Below are positions 57,634 to 64,000 of a stretch of 64,000 nt of DNA, in pieces. The position numbers and the translations under genes are program-made. Under the pieces are notes generated by a model. It was not told the DNA's origin. It saw only the letters and a program-made list of their open reading frames with translations, and searched no databases. Source of the DNA: a bacterium (GTDB taxonomy: Bacteria; UBA8248); NCBI GenBank assembly GCA_965204535.1, contig CBDBEV010000001.1:544001-608000 (forward strand), given 5' to 3'. Each line of letters starts with the position of its first letter. Position 1 is the stretch's first letter.

Positions 57634-58545
57634 TCAATCGCATAACCCCATCTGGATATTGAACCATTCCTGGTTTGTCATTCGACCAGCGCGGTAGAGG
57701 TAAGTTGCCTCCATCTTCTTTTTAACCTCCTCTTCTGATTTGCCGTGCACCGCTTCCAGCCTGACTTTTCGGGCCATCTCTGTCTTTGGGCGTGCATGGC
57801 AGTGCCAATCCTTCCCAGATATTTCCTCAGTATGGTCAATCATGAGCTCGTAGTCATCAAACTTGGGAAAGTTCTGGTCCGACGGACAGGGGTGCTTGAT
57901 CATTCCGGCAAAGGTCTGGAACCCACATTCGTAAGTCTCGACGCGGTCCCAATCCTTATCCGCGTCATCGACCGGGGCATCTATCTGCGTCGAAAGCATC
58001 GCTCCACAGTACGTACACTGATATTCTGCCACCTGCTCCCGAAGTTCTTCGATCTCGGCCTGGAGATCTTGTATCGCCTCACCACTCGTGATCCGTTCCA
58101 GTTCAGCACGTGGGTGTGCACGATAGATATCTGGTCGGACTGTCCTCAGGAGCATGATAGCGGCCTCTTGGGCACTGACCCGGCGGGTGTCAATCGCGAA
58201 TTTGTCCGAGAGTGAAGAGCTCAGCTGGACTACCTCGTGCTTGGTGACGCCATGCCAGATTGGCAAGATTTTGAGATCCTCCTCGACGTCACGATTAACC
58301 AGACCTCGGAGTTCATAATCGGGCCAAGCCTTGCCGATGAAAGCTCTGCTTATCACGACAATGCCGAATCTAGCGCCAGTTATTCCTTTGTCGATCTCGC
58401 GGGTGATGCTGTCGCCAACGTCCAAGGAGAATTCGTCATACCAGACCGACATCCCAAAATTTCGCAGCGCAGTCGCCAGTGAGCGGACAAACCCGTCCTT
58501 ATCTTCTGATGCGTGGCAAACGAATACATCGTAGTCTTGTGGCAT
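57634..58545 (-). CDS. TIR-domain protein with C-terminal coiled coil and Cys-rich region
   Basis: YDVFVCHASEDK..FV, VWYDEF.L..GDS, W..YEL catalytic Glu, ILPIWH; CTYC...C...C. Confidence 0.88.
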   Translation of the reverse strand: MPQDYDVFVCHASEDKDGFVRSLATALRNFGMSVWYDEFSLDVGDSITREIDKGITGARFGIVVISRAFIGKAWPDYELRGLVNRDVEEDLKILPIWHGVTKHEVVQLSSSLSDKFAIDTRRVSAQEAAIMLLRTVRPDIYRAHPRAELERITSGEAIQDLQAEIEELREQVAEYQCTYCGAMLSTQIDAPVDDADKDWDRVETYECGFQTFAGMIKHPCPSDQNFPKFDDYELMIDHTEEISGKDWHCHARPKTEMARKVRLEAVHGKSEEEVKKKMEATYLYRAGRMTNQEWFNIQMGLCD

Positions 58546-58742
58546 CAGGTCGCTCCCTTCGACGTACCTATAGGCTTCCGAGGATGGTTTTAGCAGGTTT
58601 AGTACTTTGGGTCATTTCCGTTTCGGCGATGACCGGCTTGCAATGTGCTCTTACATGGCCGCGGATTTCGGGAGGGTATTCGATTCAATAGTTATGGGGA
58701 TGTCATACCGACAGGCCAGCCGAAAACCTACGAATCAAAGCA

Positions 58743-58954
58743 TCAACGGAATTTCACCTCGGTGCCATTCACCGCTTCCTTGGATTGTTTTCCTGCCTTG
58801 AAGCTTACGACCTTGCGAGCGCTGATGAGCGCTTCCTGACCCGTCTTCGGGTTGCGCCCCACGCGAGCGTTCTTCTTCCTCATCTGGAAGGAGCCGAAGC
58901 GCCTCAAGATGACGGACTCGCCACCCTTAAGTGATTCCTTGATGGTGTCGATGA
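58743..58954 (-). pseudogene. 5'-truncated HU/IHF-family gene
   Basis: IDTIKESLKGGESVILRRFGSFQMRKKNARVGRNPKTGQEALISARKVVSFKAGK; in-frame stop just upstream, no start codon. Confidence 0.85.
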
Positions 58955-59074
58955 TACAGGGGGTTCAGGCGACCCCGCCGCGTGCAGTTCAGACGCAATC
59001 AGGCATCCTGTCCTACATTCGGCGGTAACTCCCAAACATTTGGAACACCTGAAATTCGTTTTGAATTTATTCAA

Positions 59075-59099
59075 TTTACATGGTTTTCGACCATGCAAA
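59075..59099. promoter_or_regulatory. Inverted repeat upstream of abiEi; likely autoregulatory operator
   Basis: TTTaCATGGT-tttcg-ACCATGcAAA in an AT-rich promoter region; AbiEi antitoxins are known to autorepress through inverted repeats. Confidence 0.45.
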
Positions 59100-59150
59100 T
59101 CATATATTGATGAAAACACCTTGAAAATATTTTGAAAATATGAAATTTTA

Positions 59151-59999
59151 ATGGTTATGAGCCATCAAAGAACTCACAGACTGAAACCACTCCTGGACAA
59201 GGTCCCACCGGGCTTTATGGTCGATACGCCGTGGCTCAGGGCGCAGGGCATCGATCCCAAGTCCATCCACAACTACGTGGCTCGTGGATGGCTGGAGCGG
59301 ATCATCCGAGGGGTTTATCGCCGTCCTCTGCCCCAGGGCGTGCAGAGCTCTGCAGGGACATCCTGGGAGATATTCCTGCTCTCGCTGCAATGGGTCATGA
59401 AGCATGACGTTCATCTCGGAGGCGAGAGCGCGCTCGACCTCGCGGGCCATGCCCATTACGTCGGCCTCGGCGGTTTGCCGCGCGTTCATTTCTACGGCCA
59501 TGCGCCGCCATGGCTGAAACGATTGCCGACGCAGGCGAAGATCGTCATGCATCGCTCCGCGCTCTTCGGCGATGACCTAACCGGTGTCATCGACGCCGCT
59601 CATGATACCGAAGAGCCCGCCCGGGCAGTGAATGTCTGGCGGTGGCCCATAAAGGCCTCCTCGCCGGAGCGCGCCGTCCTCGAGGCGCTCGACGAACTGC
59701 CGAACCACGCGAGCTTCGACAACCTGGACAAAATCTTCGAAGGACTGACGACATTGCGGCCGCGGCAATTGATGACACTGCTCACGCTCTGCCGAAGCGT
59801 TAAAGTCCGGCGGCTGTTTTTCGTCTTCGCGGACAGGCACCGACATCCATGGCGCAAGCACCTGAACACCTCGAGGGTTGGCTTCGGTTCGGGGCCGCGA
59901 GCCTTGGTCAAGGGCGGCCGACTTCATCCGACCCATCGGATCTATGTACCCGAGGACTTTGCTTCTGTGAACAGGGACGAGGCAGGCACCGATGCATGA
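59151..59999 (+). CDS. abiEi: Type IV toxin-antitoxin antitoxin AbiEi
   Basis: Y...GWL.R..RGVY.RP, HLGG..AL...G..HY, SSPERA.LE, C.SVKV.RLF. Confidence 0.88.
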   Translation: MVMSHQRTHRLKPLLDKVPPGFMVDTPWLRAQGIDPKSIHNYVARGWLERIIRGVYRRPLPQGVQSSAGTSWEIFLLSLQWVMKHDVHLGGESALDLAGHAHYVGLGGLPRVHFYGHAPPWLKRLPTQAKIVMHRSALFGDDLTGVIDAAHDTEEPARAVNVWRWPIKASSPERAVLEALDELPNHASFDNLDKIFEGLTTLRPRQLMTLLTLCRSVKVRRLFFVFADRHRHPWRKHLNTSRVGFGSGPRALVKGGRLHPTHRIYVPEDFASVNRDEAGTDA

Positions 60000-60906
60000 G
60001 CGCTATGTACATCGGGTTCGGCTGCTGCTGAGCGTCCTGCCGCATATCGCGCGGGAGAACGTGTTCGCGCTCAAGGGCGGTACTGCCATCAACCTGTTCT
60101 ACCGGGACATGCCGCGGCTCTCCGTCGATATTGACCTCACCTACTTGCCGGTGGATAACCGCGAGAAATCGCTCAAGGATATCGACGAGACGCTTGAGCG
60201 GATTATGGCGTCGGTCACTGCTCGCAACCCAAGCCTGGAGGTGAGGCGCATCCCAGGCGGTGGCAACATCGATACACGGATCATGGTCGGTGACGGCCAG
60301 GCGCAGACAAAAATCGAAACCTCACCTGTAACGCGCGGGTCGGTGCATCCGCCATTGCTGATGACGGCATCGGACACCGTGACGGAGCGATTCGGCTTCG
60401 TCGAGGTGAATGTCCTCGCATTTGAGGACCTCTACGGCGGCAAGCTGCATGCGGCGCTCGACCGCCAGCACCCGCGCGACCTCTTCGATGTCAAACTTCT
60501 TTACGAGAACGAAGGCCTCACCGACGAATTGTTCCGCGCGTTCATGGTCTATGTGGCGAGTTCAAGTCGACCGGTGCATGAACTGCTGGCGCCGGGCGCT
60601 CCCTTCCAGGACGAGTTGTACGACGAAGAGTTCGTGGGAATGACGCGAGAAGCCGTGACCAAAGAGGCGCTCATCGAAACGCGCGCGCGCCTGCACACCG
60701 ACATCAGAGAACGGTTGACGGGAGACATTGCGGCCTTCCTGCTTTCGCTCCAGGATGCAGAACCCGACTTCGACCTGATAAACCTTTCCACAGCGGTGGA
60801 CCTTCCTGCGGTTCGCTGGAAGTTGCTCAACCTCGAGAAGCTCAAAGATGAGAACCCTGAAAAGCATGCGGCGCAAAGGGGCATGCTCGAAGACCTGTTT
60901 CACTAA
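59992..60906 (+). CDS. abiEii: AbiEii/AbiGii nucleotidyltransferase toxin
   Basis: FALKGGTAINLF...PRLSVDIDL, GKL.AAL.RQHPRDLFD; overlaps abiEi. Confidence 0.92.
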   Translation: MHERYVHRVRLLLSVLPHIARENVFALKGGTAINLFYRDMPRLSVDIDLTYLPVDNREKSLKDIDETLERIMASVTARNPSLEVRRIPGGGNIDTRIMVGDGQAQTKIETSPVTRGSVHPPLLMTASDTVTERFGFVEVNVLAFEDLYGGKLHAALDRQHPRDLFDVKLLYENEGLTDELFRAFMVYVASSSRPVHELLAPGAPFQDELYDEEFVGMTREAVTKEALIETRARLHTDIRERLTGDIAAFLLSLQDAEPDFDLINLSTAVDLPAVRWKLLNLEKLKDENPEKHAAQRGMLEDLFH

Positions 60907-61070
60907 TGACGAGGCGTTCAAGCCGGGGTTTCTTGCAGAATGTTCAGTTCCCGGGATTTGGATGACCGATTGTCGTTTTCAGGCAATGGGCAGCGGATAA
61001 TGTATCAAGGGAGGTTTAGCAAACTCGTTGAGGATGGTTTGCTCAGTCTTACACTCGTTTATGGGCGCTA

Positions 61071-61225
61071 GGGGATTTCCAACGGCTGTGAAGTCTTTGT
61101 TGTTTGTTGGAACTATTGCAGATATTTGTTTTTTGAATTTCGAACCAGGTTCACTATTTGAAATTTGTTATCAAAACGCAAGCGGATGAATTGCAATTTT
61201 TGCGCACTCCTACGAATGTTTGTCG
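61071..61225 (+). repeat. Conserved non-coding element, copy 3 (unoccupied)
   Basis: Core 61167-61206 GTTATCAAAACGCAAGCGGATGAATTGCAATTTTTGCGCA is 32/40 identical to 48721-48760; upstream block 46/60. Confidence 0.82.
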
Positions 61226-61532
61226 CACCGTCTTCAAAATCCAGTTCAAGGTAGTTTGCTTGTAGTCTTACTCCGGCGTTTCACAAGAAGTCTGAGTCGA
61301 TGATGCGTTGCGACTATATTAGGAACACACCGCTAAAATAGGTTTCTTAGTTGGCCGAAAATATCTGAGTCGCAAGTCTAGTCGCGATTATCTTTCTTCC
61401 ATTCTGAAAAACCGTAGGCAGTTTCGTGTCGTAGTCATGATGCCCATTAGGCTGAAGTGGACAAGCGAGGCGGACTTCTGATAGCGCACCGCGACTTGCT
61501 CAGCAACTCTCAATCGTCTCTGGTCAAAGTCT

Positions 61533-61569
61533 TTGACAGGTTCCGAACTCAAAAACTATAGACTATAAT
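61533..61569 (+). promoter_or_regulatory. Sigma70-like promoter for the ParB-like operon
   Basis: TTGACA at 61533, TATAGA at 61557 (N18), TATAAT at 61564. Confidence 0.45.
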
Positions 61570-61595
61570 GTCAGATATTCGGGAGAAGAGAACTA

Positions 61596-62630
61596 ATGAT
61601 AGAAAATCATAAAATGCTGAATGTCGAAGCGATCTCTTTCGACACCGAAAACCCCAGAATAAAGATGGCACTGGAGAAGTATGGAGATCAGCTAAATGCT
61701 GAGCGCATACATTTTGCTTTGCGTTCGGCTACAGATGGTACAAGAGGGACTTCCTCTTATGCTTCTCTTAGAGATTCAATACTCACAAGTCGTGGGGTGA
61801 TATCTCCGATTACGGTCATTATTCAAAACGGCGAATATGTTTGTATCGACGGAAACACTCGTCTTGCTATCTACAAACAATTTCTCAGAGAAAATGTAGA
61901 GGGGACTTGGGCCGAGATCAAAGCAATTGTATTGGACCGTGCGGACCAACGGGACATTGAGACAATACGCGTATCAGCACATCTGGTTGGCTCCAGAGAA
62001 TGGCCCGCCTACGAAAAGGCGAGGTATCTTCATTATCTACGCAATAGTAGATTTATGGATTACAATGAAATGATAGCACTTTGTGGCGGCAACAAACTCC
62101 ACATAGAACGCGAGATTGATGCTTATCATGACATGAACGAATATTATCGTGATGTAGTTGACGACACGGCATTTCATATTGATAGGTTTAGCGGATTTCG
62201 TGAATTGCAAAAACCGAGGATCAAGGAAGCCATTTTCGAAGCCGGCCTGGAATTGAAGGATTTTGGGGAATGGATTCGCGACGGAAAAATATACAGGTTG
62301 GAAGATGTACGAGACTTACCAACTGTTCTTCGTGACGATGAAGCAAAAGAAATATTTCTTACTGGCGGTCCTCACTCCATAGAAGCGGCGGTCAAATTAC
62401 TTGATCAAAAGGCAGAAAAAGAATCCGGTCAAACAGACGCTGAGATTACACTGGAATCTGCATCTATATTTCAACTAGCGGAGATTCTTTCGCGTCGTAT
62501 CTATGATTTGCCTTATTCTGAAGTGCGGGCGCTAAAAAATAGGGAGCATGACGACGTTGCAGAACAGATAGACACTTTAGAGGGTTTGTCAGCACGTTTA
62601 CAAAGTTTGCTTGAAGATGTCTCAGAGTGA
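61596..62630 (+). CDS. ParB/Srx-like N-terminal domain protein
   Basis: FD.ENPRI, L..SI....GV..PI.V, YVCIDGNTRL, H..G..EW..YEKA.Y. Confidence 0.78.
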   Translation: MIENHKMLNVEAISFDTENPRIKMALEKYGDQLNAERIHFALRSATDGTRGTSSYASLRDSILTSRGVISPITVIIQNGEYVCIDGNTRLAIYKQFLRENVEGTWAEIKAIVLDRADQRDIETIRVSAHLVGSREWPAYEKARYLHYLRNSRFMDYNEMIALCGGNKLHIEREIDAYHDMNEYYRDVVDDTAFHIDRFSGFRELQKPRIKEAIFEAGLELKDFGEWIRDGKIYRLEDVRDLPTVLRDDEAKEIFLTGGPHSIEAAVKLLDQKAEKESGQTDAEITLESASIFQLAEILSRRIYDLPYSEVRALKNREHDDVAEQIDTLEGLSARLQSLLEDVSE

Positions 62631-63060
62631 GCAACACAGAAATTTGGTAATTGAGGTAGTGAAAGCGCTTGAGGCCCGGTGTCCGTTAATGTCGATTATT
62701 GTTGACGTGCAACAGAAGCCTGGCGACGAAGTGCCTCCGCTAATTAATGGCTTCCGCCCGGATGTGTATGCTCGGAAAGATACCGATAATTCTGTCGTTA
62801 TTGCTGAAGCCAAGACCGATAACGACCTCAAGAATAAACATACCGATAACCAAGTAGAGTCTTTTATTTACTATCTTGAGCGAAGAAGAGATGGTTTTTT
62901 CATCCTGTCTGTAACAGGCTGCGGAGCTGATCGCGCCAAGACCTTATTACGGTTTGTGCGTCAGGAAATGCATATAACCAGAACAACCATTGCTGTATTC
63001 GACGGCTGTGACTTTTGGTTGCTGGATTCAAGCGACGGTGTGACATGGCATTTAAGCTAA
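62617..63060 (+). CDS. Small PD-(D/E)XK nuclease-like protein
   Basis: GFRPDVYA...VIAEAKT..D; overlaps both neighbours. Confidence 0.6.
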   Translation: MSQSEQHRNLVIEVVKALEARCPLMSIIVDVQQKPGDEVPPLINGFRPDVYARKDTDNSVVIAEAKTDNDLKNKHTDNQVESFIYYLERRRDGFFILSVTGCGADRAKTLLRFVRQEMHITRTTIAVFDGCDFWLLDSSDGVTWHLS

Positions 63061-64000
63061 GAAAACCCCCAAAACTAAGCTCTAGACATGACGCTTACCC
63101 ATATCAGCTCGATGCGGTCAGGGCGGTGGAATCTCTGCCCTACGCCGCGATATTTCATGAACAGGGGCTGGGCAAGACAAAGATCGCAATTGATCTCATG
63201 TTAGGGTGGCTAACTGAAGATGTCGTCGATACAGTGTTTGTCATTACGAAAAAGACATTGGTTCAAAATTGGGTCGATGAACTGGCGTCTCATTCGCATC
63301 TTACGCCGAGAATTCTGTCGGGTAACCGCCGAGAAAACAGCATTGCTCTGAACTCACCTGTATTGGTCTACATCATGAACTACGAGGTTATATCAACAAA
63401 CCTTGATCTCATTCGCGAGTTCCTTGGCACCTGCCGAGTGGGAGCAATCCTGGACGAAAGCCAGAAGATCAAGAATCCAGAATCAAACCTATCGGCCTGT
63501 TTTCATTCCATAGCCGACAAATTTGAGCGCCGCATCATCATGACTGGTACTCCTGTAGCTAATCGTCCTTATGACATTTGGTCACAGATCAAGTTTCTGG
63601 ATGATGGCAAATCACTTGGGGCCTCGTTTCCCGAATTTAAGACTGCGCTCGATTTGCCGCTCAAATCTTCCTCGGTGTCAGGGTATGGACCGCGGCTAGC
63701 TGATGTTATGGGCAAAATCAAGCATTTCTCAATACGCGATACGAAACGAACAGCAGGGATCGAACTTCCTGACAAAACCATTCTGACTCATTTAGTCGAA
63801 TTGGCGCCTCGCCAGTCAGCAATTTATGCTTTGTACAGAAACGAACTGAGATACGAGTTTCAAGGCGATAGCGGTCTAGTCATTGATGACGCTGAAGACA
63901 TTTTGAAACGCCTTTTGCGCTTGGTTCAGTGCGCCTCGAATCCGGCCCTCCTTGATGAAGCCTACAATGAACTTCCTACGAAATTTTCGAAACTAGTTGA
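63045..64000 (+). CDS. SNF2-family helicase, runs off the window end (absent from the ORF track)
   Basis: YPYQ, EQGLGKT, NYE, LDESQKIKN, MTGTPVAN.PYDIWSQ..FL. Confidence 0.88.
   Translation, partial: MAFKLRKPPKLSSRHDAYPYQLDAVRAVESLPYAAIFHEQGLGKTKIAIDLMLGWLTEDVVDTVFVITKKTLVQNWVDELASHSHLTPRILSGNRRENSIALNSPVLVYIMNYEVISTNLDLIREFLGTCRVGAILDESQKIKNPESNLSACFHSIADKFERRIIMTGTPVANRPYDIWSQIKFLDDGKSLGASFPEFKTALDLPLKSSSVSGYGPRLADVMGKIKHFSIRDTKRTAGIELPDKTILTHLVELAPRQSAIYALYRNELRYEFQGDSGLVIDDAEDILKRLLRLVQCASNPALLDEAYNELPTKFSKLV

Noticed and set aside
57323-57697. 124-aa ORF between the NDT-like and TIR genes
   Set aside because: TTG start without a clear RBS, no motifs, overlaps the TIR gene end.
60971-60982. 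TGTCGTTTTCAG resembling the Tn402/Tn5053 inverted repeat
   Set aside because: Only 12 bp, no partner end and no tni genes in the window.

Overview
The window is almost entirely accessory DNA. Left to right: a partial GmrSD-like (DUF262/DUF1524) nuclease gene, an alpha/beta hydrolase, an IS66-family element, a 2,794-aa repeat-rich autotransporter adhesin whose leader carries a heptamer tandem repeat hit by an IS1111-type (IS110 family) element, two near-identical 901-aa lipoprotein genes, a Cre-like tyrosine recombinase, a complete F-type conjugation region (traALEKBVC...traWU-trbC-traNFHG-traD-MobF relaxase), two more stacked IS66 copies, and a low-GC defence-like island (NDT-like, TIR, AbiE TA, ParB-like/PD-(D/E)XK/SNF2). 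Two results stand out. (1) The IS66 element (no tnpA/tnpB, long coiled-coil transposase plus a DUF4338 gene) has inserted three times, each with its own 8-bp TSD, in the same orientation and 59-60 bp from the start of the same conserved non-coding motif. A third, empty copy of that motif lies at ~61.1-61.2 kb, suggesting an undescribed target-site-selective IS66. (2) The IS1111 non-coding region contains readable target and donor guide segments, and one target guide matches the adhesin's heptamer repeat. All calls come from reading motifs by eye; no database searches were run.
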